A stretch of 64,000 nt of DNA from Callorhinchus milii (lineage: Eukaryota), in contig NW_024704743.1 of assembly GCF_018977255.1 (NCBI RefSeq), positions 113,152,001 through 113,216,000 on the forward strand. The letters are read 5' to 3'. Shown here in pieces: positions 50,724-63,026 of the stretch; the first letter of the stretch is position 1; each line of letters starts with the position of its first letter. Below the pieces are notes generated by a model, which was not told the origin of the DNA, did no database searches, and worked only from the letters and a program-made list of their open reading frames with translations. The translations under genes were made by a program, and so were the position numbers.

Positions 50724-53700
50724 TTAAACAATCACAGTCAGTCGAACTTCTTTTTTTTCATGTATCTGACTATCGTCACATATGTAAGAATCGACTGGCA
50801 AGATGGTTGGGAAAATGTAGCAAGACAACCCAATGGACAGATCTTGGGGTTTGGACTGAAATGAAACATGCCAGTTGATTGTTCCGTGTCGAATTACTGT
50901 GTATGCATGATCATTTAGAATGTGCACATTTTTTGGATAGCCATGGGTACATGGCATGCATTTTTAAAAACCCTAATGCGATCTTTGGAAATGGTAGCTC
51001 AATAGTGGATAAGGAGATGTGTGGTATCAATGCTGGAGATGTGCACATTATAAGTGCATACTGCTATTGTGGTAACTTTACTTTACTGACCATTGAATTG
51101 TTCCCCATTCCTCCCATGTTAGCAATCAGGTGCAAGTCAATAACTTGATAGAAATTATTGCATGATTTTATTATGTAAAATATGAGTAGATTAGCGAACA
51201 AGAAATGCTTTGGCAAAACTGTCAACCTTCAGTGAAAAAAGCATGATGACTATTCTAACAAATGCAAATATTCTATCTTGTTATGAATTAGCCCTGGGGA
51301 AATGAAATTGTCCCATTAGTTGGATTGCTTCAATTAAGAAAAATGATCTGAACCACAGTAGGGATAATTTTTTCTCTTAGAAAATGCTCTTTTATTAAAG
51401 AAGTACCCATTAATCCTCTGTGCTACAAATTTCCATGGTTCTAATCTTGAGTTAAAGGATAATGTAACAATTTCTGCCATTGCTGATTTCTAATACATTT
51501 CTGCAGATATCCTCTGAAGTATCATCAGTCAACACAGCAGTTGTATTGTGAAAGGAAAATCTGAGTTTATTCATGTAATGTTCAATGTTAGAGTGCTAAG
51601 TCTTTTAAAATGCAATGTTTTATTTCTACCGGGTCTAAAATGTGCCTTAACCTCCAAAAAGCACTGGACCAGTTTGAATTTTCCACCCAAGCCATTATTA
51701 TAGTCTCTGAGGGAGAAAGTAAATTCATGGAAATCACTGCTGTATATAGGTACAAAAGATGTTTGAAAACTCTGGGTACGAATAATTGGGTTGAAATTAA
51801 CAAACATTTTAACATAAGATCCCATAAAACGCGGAGAAAAAAAGACTTTACCAAATGTGATTGAGTTCATCAGACACAATGTGTGCCAGGTTTCGTTTGT
51901 AGATTGGATAGAAAACAAGGACTAGGATTATCACCTTCTGCAATAAATTGTCCAAATACCCCTTGCTTTGCTTGATTCTAAGGTGTTTGAAATCTTTCTT
52001 TTTGCCAATTTTCTTCCCTTCTTTGTTACTAAAGATGCTGACTTGTCCTCAGATATAGTTTCATAAATGCCAACCACCTTCAGTGCCTTGCTCAACTGGT
52101 TATTCAGAATTGTTCTTGGTACTGACAGGCTGTCGAACCATAGATGGCAAAACATCCAAAACTGAACCTTTCGTAAGCCAATGTCCACACATTGCACACT
52201 TTCTATCAAAGGTTCAACAAATCATGAGTGGGAATCCGGGCTGATTTTCGTCACTCTACCCCAAGGCACCGAGGCCAGTTTGTAGCACCCCAACTGTTGC
52301 CTGTCTGAAATTATCTCAGCACATGTAGTTTACTGGGATTGAAACCAGAAACTGCTGATGTTGTACATGAAACAACATGTCAGTGTCAGCACAAGTGGAA
52401 AAATGAATATGGGGATAAAGGAAGAGATGGTTACCAATTATTAAAAGGAGGTTGCTATATTTTTTCCGCAAGACAGGAGGAATACATGCTTTACATGGTT
52501 TTTGGAGTTCCCTTGTTGCACTTCAGTTATTATTAATAAACCAAGCTGTTCACTCAATTGTATTAATGAACCAGAGTCTTGCACTGAAAGGCTGACCCTT
52601 ATCACTCCTTCCATAGTGCATACATTAACTCTCTAGCATTGTGATTACGGTGACAGAATAGACAATTTCAGCCTGCACGGTAATAGCTGAGGGCAATAGC
52701 ACAGACCTCACCGGTATCATATTTGTCACTGAGTAAGGATTGCTGCTGCTTACCAGTTACTAATAAAGCATTCCAGCAATGTACACCAATGTGATGGTTA
52801 CTGAACATGCGGTTACTTATCATGCTATGATGTGATTTGAGAAGTTCTCACTTTTTCACACAGACACAGCCTGATTTTTAACTCGGGAGCAGGTCACCGA
52901 ACTCTATCTGTCCCATGATCATGATTATCAGGCTGTATGGTGAATGCAAGATAGACGGTATGCAGATGATTTGTTTACACATTTATTTGTTATCCTGCTT
53001 ATGCTAACAGACTGTAATGGAGAACAATACTGTTAATCTTTACAGACATTTTGACATAAATTAAACAAGTATTCTGATGCCACACAAGTTTTACAGACAG
53101 CTACATGCATATAAATATGCTGATTTGTACAGAAACACTTTGCAGGTCAGCAAAATCTAGTCATACAAAATTACATTATAGAATTTTTAACAAGTTAAAT
53201 GCAGTAGATATGGAGATGGCAGCACAAATAGCCATTGGGTGAGAAAAGAATCTTGATTTATGGTTAGTGATGGAAGGCTGACAAAAGCACAATGATTTCA
53301 AGACATTATGTCTAAAGAAAAAGCATCCATGATCCTGCCTGACATCAGCCCCGTTTGAAACTCTTCATCATTTCAACACCAAAACCCTCAATATGCACAT
53401 AATCATTTAGGAGATTGAGATGCTTTGAGTTCCTGGCACCTAATTTGTAATATTACTTAACAAGATTCCATAGCAAAGAATCCGGATCCCGTAAGTAGGG
53501 GCTACTTCCTGTAACACAAGATCCGTCATTGCTAACCCATGGGAACACTACTCTGACCCAATCTAATTCTGGATTGGAATTTCTACAAGTTGTCAGACAT
53601 TTCTAACTAGATATTGCTGTAAAGAATTCTATTAGAAATCTCCCCTTTTAGATCCATATTGTTGCTTGGATTTGATTTGGGAGGTCATTTAAGGTAACGT

Positions 53701-56700
53701 AAAGTGAATGGGAACAGATGCTTTCTCTTTAATCACTAGAGTTTTATTCATGACAAAAACCATGTGCTATAAAAATACTGTTGGTGAACCAAACTCTTCA
53801 TAAAATATTTTGTGGTAAGTTTTTTTTAAATGAGTATCGATAGGACTGATTTTCAAATGTGTAGTATTAAACTTTGAACTATTTGAAATATGGTAACTAA
53901 TTCTCACTAAACAAAATTTTAAGTTGTTTGTTATTCAAGTAATTATGTAAATACATAAATAATGTTTTATGGCTCTGTACTTATATCCAATTCTACCTTA
54001 TAATCTGCAATGGATCTTCACAGAAGTTCATTTATTTTTACCGATTTGGCATAATATAGAGATAATAATATGTATTTCAAAAACTGGACAGATTACTTAA
54101 AACTTAAAGGGTTAATCTATGTCTTTCTTTCTGCTTAAATAAAAATAACTGTTGTTCCTCACATGATAAAGTGTTCCTTGCTTTGTATGTTGTTAAGTAC
54201 GATCCACAAGGGATGAAATTCCACATAGTCTCAGCCTGTCAGACTATTTTGTCTTAAAATTTAAGTTGCCATTGAATTGTTGAAAGTTCTTAAAAACAGC
54301 CTTAATTTGGAAGCCAGTTTTTTTTAAGAACTGCGGAAACTGACTTCCAAATTAAGAATGCATTGAAGAATCTTCCACATTTCTGCACAATCTTATATTT
54401 TAAGAGAAAATTGTCTCCCTGGTTGAGACTTGATAGAATTTTGTGACTACAGTACAACTTTGCAATTTTGCATATTCATTCAGAAAATTTAAACTGCAGC
54501 TTAAATCAGAAACACCAAAACAAGTCCAGGGGCAGCTTGATGGTGTAATGGATATAGTTTATGCACCATGTACTCAAATATAACTAGTTTGAATACTTAG
54601 TTTGCTGGTCTTAGCTGGTGCTGCATGGAGAGGCTGAATTGGCTGTGGCCTTTCCTGAAGGATTAATATCAGTCGTCTTTTCTGCTCCTAGTCATTTTCA
54701 GGAACCTATATTGGTAGTGCATGTGTGTACGTGTCAGCTGATTGAGGGGTCAGGCTCGGCTATGAAGCCCTCTACATTGGGGAGAAAATTAGAAAACAAT
54801 TGGACACACTAAATTTTAGTAAAAAGTAGGCTAATCCTATGGAAAAAAGGGCTATCAAAACAGTATTTTAATGACATTCACCTTTGATTGACTATTTCTC
54901 ATAATGGCTAGCTTGGCGGTGTACTTCATTTGTTTTATGTTCATTTCATTCACAGAATGCCACTCGAGTGAGAAATTACATTCATTGAACAAAAAAAATA
55001 AGAGATTGTATTGCAAACAGGAATATAGATTAATGGCACCCAGAGCATGCCTGGTTCAATCCTTACCATGGGTCTGTGTCAGTCAAACAGATTTTTAACC
55101 ATCACTCATCCCCTCCCTCTAGACAGTACTGCCTATGTTGACTGCCATTTCTACACCATTATAAACATTCTCCTGATAGCAACACTCACATTCACTGCTG
55201 GTCTTCAGCCTCATTTGTAAATACCCATTATGTTCAAAATTAACAAATAACAAAGAATGATTTAGAGTTATAAACAAGACTTCATAATACCTTAAACCAA
55301 TAAAGCTCTTTATATATATATAATCTCAATGATGAATAACAAAAAAATTGTAATTGAAAAATCCCATTCAAAATGCTAAACAAAGATATATTCTCATGTA
55401 GATTAACATCATTCGCTTCAATGTACAAAATACTAACAACCAAGTTATGCACCAGAGACGTGATATCACAAACAATTAGGATGGATAACATTGCTGCAAC
55501 ATATAAATAAATGTAATCATCACTGATCAGCGAACTACTTTGTAGCTGCATGTCTCACATATTACAATTCTAAATCTGATCTGTCCCTCTAGATTTAGGA
55601 CCTGATATTAGATTCACTATGTCTGTCAACACTAATTGGGATTTCTTTATGCAGTGCAATACGATGCTGATCAGCCAAACTATTTTGATATTTAAAGTTG
55701 ATTTAGTATTTATTTCAAGTATCCTGTTGTGTGCTGCTGCCATTATTTTCAGTTCTCAGTGCCAGGGAAAAATAATGCCAAAGTGCTAGTACAGTTTTCT
55801 TTTTGTGTGCGTTGGTGGTGGGAGGTGGAGAAAAGTAATATCTCATTCAGCAAAGAGGCCCTTTCAATATCCTATTCAGTTGTCAATAAGTCGCCTTTCC
55901 TATCTTGTATACATTCTCTTATTTTTTAAAGATATGTTTGGTCATGCAATGCCTTCATTTGTGTCTTAAGTGCGTTCATCAAGTTGTTAGTATTTTGCGC
56001 TTCAAAGTGAGCGAATGTACAGCCCCAACTCCCACAAAAAGCCAATTAACTTTGAGGTTACATGAGGTTAATGCTGACAGTAATAATCAGTGTCACAGCA
56101 CATTCCAGCTTAGCTCTGTTGTAAAAATAAAATGGGTTCATTAGCTCATAAATGGGGACTGAAGATCTTGTGATACTGGTTAACACTTTGAAGAATTAAA
56201 TGAATTTCTGACAGCATGATGTTCCTTGGGGTGAAAGTAATCAAATAAATGCATTAGGATTGATTTAAAAAATTAGTAGTTTAAGAAACTGCAACTTTAA
56301 AAATATTTTTTTTCCCGATCAATGACAATTATTGCAAATTAATTGTTACATTTTAGCAGCTCTGCATCACTAATTTCTGATTGGCAGTATATATTAATAG
56401 TCCAATTTGAAAGGAAGTTAACAGTTTGATTGAATCTTCCACACAGAAAATCCCAGTGGTTCTCTCTCGTTCAGCTTTTCTCTTTGCTGGCATACAAATA
56501 TAAAATGTTGGGGTTTAATTGCCGGTAATTCTTAACAGGATTCCTTCTCGAGGGAACTCTGCTCCAGAAATGAATTGTATTTGACTTCCTTGAGTCAGCA
56601 TGACTTACTTCTGATTCCTGTAAGGAATCCTTATTTGTGCTATTCAGGTTCGTTATTAAGGAATACTGTACATTAGACTCCATTAACGTTTTTCCATTAA

Positions 56701-56850
56701 CACTTGTCCTATTTATGCTCTTCTTCCTTTCCTCTCTGAAAGCACTTCCATTAGGAATGCTTCTGGACTTGTTTGAATTCTCCACCATTTCATCAATAGT
56801 AAATTTTGCAAGAGACAGAAAAAAATACTTTTCAGTTCTGATATCTTAAT
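50724..56850 (-). pseudogene. Candidate decayed voltage-sensor/PTEN-like (VSP/TPTE-like) multi-exon gene
   Basis: Phase-compatible GT-AG exons 56115-56062, 55493-55291 (open; LIVCDITSLVHNL...FFCYSSLRLYIYKELYWFK) and from 55172 (ENVYNGVEMAVNIGSTV*); then QMKYTAKLAIMRN at ~54932 and VKIHCRL*GRIG at ~54021-53986. By-eye similarity only; the 3' extent is uncertain. Confidence 0.5.
54215..54442. mobile_element. Palindromic MITE-like element
   Basis: Nested inverted pairs agtctcagcc/ggttgagact, tcttaaaatttaag/cttatattttaaga, cttaatttggaagccagttt/aaactgacttccaaattaag. Confidence 0.75.
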
Positions 56851-59428
56851 TATTGTTCATTGAGATAGCACTCACAGAGTTGATTAATGTCTGCAATATC
56901 ATTTTGGCCTTGTGTTTTTCTGGTTGAACCCAATAAAATCCAATAATTACCCCCTGAAAGCCGAATTCCAACATGTGGGTTAAAGTTGAAAACGATTGTC
57001 AACAAGCCTCCTCCCATTTCCCTTGTTCACGCTTCTGATCTTCATCGAGTCAGGACTCTCTTCCTCAGTTCCACCTGGCCTCAGGTAGCCAGCTAACCTC
57101 TAACACATAACCAAACTGCTGCTCAAAACGTGTATGTGGAGCATGAGCTCTGGACCATGAAGTCACACCTGCACCTGCTTGCTCAGGATATTCTCCTGAA
57201 TGGTTAGCGCACTCCAGCTGGGTCCCGCCATTTGCTTAAGAGGTTTAGAATAATAATCTAAATAATTAGAATTTAGAAGTAATACAGTCAATGAGCACCA
57301 AGCATGCGCACACAGTGTGTCTTAACTGTCACTCTGGAGCTGAAAAGAATTATGAAGAGAAGAAAATATGAGGATGGGATTAAATCAACGTGTGGGAGTG
57401 GGATGTCTAGGCATCTGCCTGCAGGGGAAGAGGTGTTTATGTTTATGCAGGGGAATAAACTGTTTGTGTTGTCATGGAGTGGCCAGGAGAGACAGTGATG
57501 CTTGTGACAGCAGCTCATTTAGCATGTGTCTGGTGTGCAAGAATTTTTTTTAACCTGTTTTCAAGGCTCCTTCAGCTGTGTGGGTATGTGGAGCCAGCAT
57601 ATCTCAATCTTAATTATCTTAAGTATCTCTACATAGAAGTTAAATATACAAATAAACCAAAAAGCCTTCTATATAAGAGCACGCTTTTCAAATGGTACTG
57701 AAAAAAACAGAACTCCACTGTCCAATGACTTACCCGATTTTTTACCCAAATTCTATGATTAAGAAAATCTTGAAAATCACAAGGCCTAAATATTCTGCAC
57801 TGTTATTTACCAAGTCCATTATCCACGGAGAGAAAAGAACAAAGCTGATATGCTGTACAGAACGTGTCGTGATACTAAACCACATATTAAAGGCAGGTTA
57901 ACGCGATTGCACTATGGTTTTAACGGGTTAGAACATATTGATAATGATTGGGAAAGACAGACCAACACTCAGGCATACAGTGTTTGACTGGCAAGTAGTT
58001 TGGTTCATCAAAAACAAAGTTTGTCTACCCAGCAACACTAAAAATAAAACTGTTTGATTTAAATTGAATTAAAAGAAAACATTTACCTTCAATATTCTAG
58101 TTAACAAATGTAGTGATACATAAGTATTCATAATACGCCACTTAAACAATGACATTAACCAAAGTGCAAATTAAATAAGTGAAATTTTACGTTTTAACAA
58201 GGTACAGTAACTTATATAGTAACACGGACAAGAATATATCATTCTACATTGAGACTTAATGACCAGACACCAGGAACATCAGAACAAGCCACCCTATTGG
58301 GAACGTTTCAAAATCTAGGTCGTCAGATTTCTGATTAGTTATCCAAATTGAGGGAGTGACACATATGATCATTTACGCATTTTGATTTGGACAAAGACTT
58401 ACACGTCCACATGTAACATTAAGCTGATACTCAATTAATATTCATAAGTTTGGAAGTTTAGAAGGGCAAAAAAAATCATTATTCTCCTGAAAACCCTTTA
58501 AACTTTCATGATATTCTAGGATATCCCCACTCCCAAACACACACATATATATTCAAGTAACCCATAAAAATAGAGTTTTGACAAGAAAAATACAGTTTAG
58601 CCATTTGCAATGACTATTTGGCAATTATTAATAGAAGATAAACCAAAGAGACCGAGGCTGTGCATTCTGATTCCTGGTCATTAAATCCTTCCCTTTCTTT
58701 CGAAATTCATTTTTTTACCAAAAATATATTAAACTAACAGATTTATGCAAACTTTAACTTAATATGCTCTTCTTACAAATAAATATAGCCTAAGTAAAAT
58801 AGTTTATGCCCTCTTTTTTTATGAACATATGCAATCTAAACGTTCCAGACAGAATGAAATGATATGTTAAGTTATTTCTCTTTACTGGCTGCAATATTGC
58901 AACAAAAGCTCATGCACCTCCTCCAGGCAGTGCGCTGTGAAGGAAAATCTGTGCCTCTGTGATTGCTTCAGTTTATGATCTCTTGGCATTTCCCCCAACT
59001 ATTTACAAAGAAATGCATTTTGCTGGTTCTAATCACCTGTGATTCCCATCAGTTTCTAATGCATGCATGTACATTCTGTCCTCCTTTTGTGCAAATCGTA
59101 AATATAGCTTAATGGGGGGAAAATAATTTGTGGCAGCATAAAACAATCTAGTGTTATTCATGAAAAGGTGAAAAAACATCTTGAAACATTACAGTACTTG
59201 GGCTCCATTTTAGAGTCTTTAGTTTCTTTCCACTGTCCCTCAAATCCTTTTTCTGCACAAAAAGCAGTCTGTGACATTTTGAGAGAACAGTGGCTGGATT
59301 AAAAGATTCATCATGCCATGCAAAACAACCATAGGCACAGCGACTGTGCCATTCCATTTCAATTTCCTCATTAGCAGAACATCATCCAACTAAAGAACCA
59401 GAAAATATGAATATTACTTTAACCATAG

Positions 59429-61543
59429 TCACATGCTAGTTTCACATGAGGATGAATAACCTCCTTCTCCGGGTTTCATGTGAATTTCTGGCGTAAACAT
59501 GTGATTTTCCATTTTGTATGCAGCCTGGTTGCTCTCTGTCTTGCCATCTCCTACCACACTATGCGCACTTTGAGTGCAGTTTTGACCAGTGTATTTTGGA
59601 GAAACCGCACCCACAACACACGCGCCCTCCACATGGTTTTCATCCTTGCTGTGCTTATCGTGTCTTTCACTGCAGCAGTTCTGTCTGCCTTCCTGCTGGA
59701 TGTTGTAATGTGGCTCTTTGGCCTCCGGAAGCTCGTCATCTTCCTCACTGTCTAAGTCCACGCAACTCTTCCTCCCTCTTGCATGGAAAGCAAAAAGTTT
59801 CTGCTTGGAAAACTGTTGAGGTGACCTCTTACTAGCAGCCTGGTGCTGACCTAGCACATCAGCACCGAGGAGCACATTTTCACTTTGAGGAGAGTTATCT
59901 TCCAACAGGATGGTGCTGATGTGCTTAGGTGTAGACATTGAGAAATCTATCACTGACACTGGCAGGGGTCGGGCAGTACTTGGTGGTGTCGGAGGAGCAC
60001 CACTCTTAATTTCCATAAAATTCACTTTAAGAGCCCTGGATTTCAATGGGTTGCTCCCTTTCAAAGAGCTCTTGGGACTTTCCACTATGCTGTCTAAATT
60101 GGAGCATCCAGGCCGCTCCATAGAAAAACGGCACGATTCATTTACGTTGAAATCACAAACACCATAATCAAATGTGCTGCTTCCCACGATTGCCAGAGAC
60201 GGCTGCTCATCCATGGGATTGGCGTCAGGAGTCCATCTTAGGTGTCCTTGTTCAGGAATCTTTGAAGAGACAAGGAACCTTTCTGTTTCAGTAAAATCAG
60301 TGGCGCAGCTAGCAAAACTGTCGATGCTAGAAGTGCTCCTCATATCCATGATAGTTTCTGCAGGAGTGGTGAGCAATGGGTCAGTTAAACAAGGAACTTC
60401 CTCCATTTGTAGCTCTTCTTCATGTACAGTGGACTTGCTAGCGTGCTCTGGCTTGCTGATGGTAAGGTTCGGCTGAGACTGTGTCATTTGATTGTACATT
60501 TCTTCCAGTTTCTGAGCATTCAGGTGCTGTGGGCTGGAGCTGGGATTATTCAAACGCTCACCTGAATTTTGTCGGTTTAACTCCTGGTACTTAGGCTCCA
60601 GAGACTTGTTGGAGCCCATTTCGGAGATTGTCTGCTTTCCCCATTTCCATTTGCTCGGCGAAAGGTGGTTATCAAGGGTTTTTTCGTTTTTGTTTATATT
60701 CTCCTCAACTTTCTCAACCACAATATCCATAAGCTCCATGCTACGAGTGAACGTGTCTTTCAAATTCATGGAGACTATGCTTCCATTTCTTTTTGCTCTT
60801 TCAAGTGCTTCTCTTCTCTTAATGGCTTTCTCTTGCCGCTTCTGTTCCTTATAGAACTCCGAGAAGTTGTTTACAATAATTGGTATCGGCAGGGCTATCA
60901 CCAGCACTCCAGCAATGCAACAGAGACCGCCAACTATCTTACCTAACAGAGTTTTGGGATAGATATCCCCATACCCAACTGTGGTCATAGTAATAGTCGC
61001 CCACCAGAAAGATGCAGGAATGCTTGTAAATTTAGTTGCATCTTCATCCTTTTCGGCAAAAAATACTAAGCTTGAAAATATCATAATGCCCATAGCCAAA
61101 AACAATATTAGCAAACCCAGCTCATTGTAGCTTCTCCTGAGGGTAAAACCTAATGACTGTAAACCTGTTGAATGCCGGGCAAGTTTGAGAATCCTCAGTA
61201 TTCTCATGATGCGGAATATTTGAACCACTCGCCTGACATTCTGAAACTGGAGCACACTCTTGTTTGATTCGGTGAGAAAAATTGTGACATAATAGGGCAA
61301 AATAGCCAAAAGATCAATAACATTCAGCGGGCCTTTGAAAAACTTCCACTTGCTTGGCGACGATAAGAATCGCAAAAGATATTCCATTGTGAACCATGCA
61401 ATGCAAACGGCTTCAACGTGGGCAAGTTGTGGGTTATCATTGGCCTGTCCAAACTCATCTATATCCTGAAGTTCAGGAAGGGTGTTGAGAGACAAGGCAA
61501 CAGTTGACAATACGATGAACAAGATGGATATGATGGCCAGAAT
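59429..61543 (-). CDS. KCNB2: KCNB2 (Kv2.2) last coding exon: S1-S6, pore and C-terminus; the T1-encoding exon is outside the window
   Basis: cttccag| [14 protein letters not shown]...; S4 [21 protein letters not shown] filter; PIPIIV; PRC motif [20 protein letters not shown]; ends ETSM like KCNB2; syntenic with TERF1. Confidence 0.97.
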   Translation of the reverse strand: MLAIISILFIVLSTVALSLNTLPELQDIDEFGQANDNPQLAHVEAVCIAWFTMEYLLRFLSSPSKWKFFKGPLNVIDLLAILPYYVTIFLTESNKSVLQFQNVRRVVQIFRIMRILRILKLARHSTGLQSLGFTLRRSYNELGLLILFLAMGIMIFSSLVFFAEKDEDATKFTSIPASFWWATITMTTVGYGDIYPKTLLGKIVGGLCCIAGVLVIALPIPIIVNNFSEFYKEQKRQEKAIKRREALERAKRNGSIVSMNLKDTFTRSMELMDIVVEKVEENINKNEKTLDNHLSPSKWKWGKQTISEMGSNKSLEPKYQELNRQNSGERLNNPSSSPQHLNAQKLEEMYNQMTQSQPNLTISKPEHASKSTVHEEELQMEEVPCLTDPLLTTPAETIMDMRSTSSIDSFASCATDFTETERFLVSSKIPEQGHLRWTPDANPMDEQPSLAIVGSSTFDYGVCDFNVNESCRFSMERPGCSNLDSIVESPKSSLKGSNPLKSRALKVNFMEIKSGAPPTPPSTARPLPVSVIDFSMSTPKHISTILLEDNSPQSENVLLGADVLGQHQAASKRSPQQFSKQKLFAFHARGRKSCVDLDSEEDDELPEAKEPHYNIQQEGRQNCCSERHDKHSKDENHVEGACVVGAVSPKYTGQNCTQSAHSVVGDGKTESNQAAYKMENHMFTPEIHMKPGEGGYSSSCETSM

Positions 61544-61962
61544 CTGGAAGATACAAACAAGCAGAAGAACTGTTTAGTAGATCACACACAATTGATTTCA
61601 CAAATGAGCGCTAACATGGACTTCCAGTGTTTCAGTTGAAAAATCGCAACAATATGAACTAAGAAAACTTATTATAGATGTCTATAAAACAGGTATTCTG
61701 AGAGACAGAATTTCATTTCTAAGAGACACAGCAAGATATACCAAAAAGCAACTTAAAGCTTTCCATTGTTAATATTTTGCATTTTATTTTCATAAAACTG
61801 GGAAGCATTTGATTTATTTGTATATATTTGTTTTGTCCTACATATATACTCTCTCTATATATAATGTACAAACCTATGAATATTAATTGAATAAATATTC
61901 TCAATTAGTAATTTAATTGTCATTTTACAATGTGAATTAATAAGCATATTCTTCAGCTATTT

Positions 61963-62095
61963 TGAATTGACTGTATATTTTGTTTCACCCACAAAATATA
62001 CAGTCAATTCACTTTACAGTATATGATGTGAGGTGCTTTGAGACGTCTCAAAGACGTGATGAGACTCTATATCAAATGCAAGGATTATTATTATT
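61963..62095 (+). mobile_element. Truncated SINE with a fold-back 5' end
   Basis: Perfect 21-bp inverted repeat 61963-61983/61991-62011 followed by the SINE tail. Confidence 0.85.
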
Positions 62096-62706
62096 TACTT
62101 TAGAGAGAAACCTCTTAACACTTTGCTTTGCAACTCCTACCTAAAACCCTACCTCTACAACAGTCTCCCCTACCCCCTTGCTTGGCATCTGATTCGTGAC
62201 ATTATCCTGCTTGAAGATTGCTATATGAATGCAACATTTAAAAACTTGGATCATGTCTCATCTCAATCATCTTTTCTCAAAAAGAGACCTTGAATCTAAT
62301 TCAAGGACAGAAAGGAAGAATACTGTTGCATTTCATGGATTTCATGTAAGAAAGCAACTGGTATATTTTGAGTTTAGAACCATCATAATCATCGTACTGC
62401 ACTGGGATATAGCATTTCAGAATGTCTTGGAACATTGACTGAAATTTTGAGTATTCAGTGCTTTTGAGGGATTTCATATTAGTTTCATTTCTTGCTACTT
62501 TGTTTCTAAAAGCTTTTAGTTTGCTGCCAGTTTATAAGTGAGACTTCTCCCAACAATTCTCCAATGCTGTAATTCCAACACCATTGTGGTATGTATGCAA
62601 TTTAATGGAAGATATTATGATATACAATAAGTGCCCATTAAAGAGCGAAGTAATCGTCAGAGAGGTCATCACTTTTTAATATTTGGAGAGCATCACACTG
62701 ATAAAG

Positions 62707-63026
62707 TGTGGAGTCCTGTAGCTCAGTGGTTAGAGCACTCGCTTTGCAAGTGAGAGACCTGAGTTCAATTCCAGGCAGGGCCAAACCTTGGGCAAGTTTC
62801 CTTACTCCACACAGAGCCTAATAATAATCCCTCCAAAAAAAACCAAAACAATAATAAATTGGTCATTTTCAATCTACGACTGTTTGTGGGACATTGCTGT
62901 GCGCAATTGGCTGCCGCGTTCGCCCACAAATATACAGTCAATTCACTTTACAGTGTGTTCTGTGAAGCGCTTTGGGACGTCCTCCCGACGTGAAAAGCGC
63001 TATAACAAATGCAAGGATTATTATTA
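62707..63026 (+). mobile_element. Full-length young tRNA-derived SINE
   Basis: Near identical to 40973-41296. Confidence 0.95.

Noticed and set aside
55830..55930. Coding-like stretch inside the VSP-like locus (IQDRKGDLLTTE*DIERASLLNE)
   Set aside because: Resembles a decayed CR1/L2 ORF2 segment, so treated as an intronic repeat
59480..60946. Several + strand ORFs
   Set aside because: Antisense shadows of the KCNB2 coding exon
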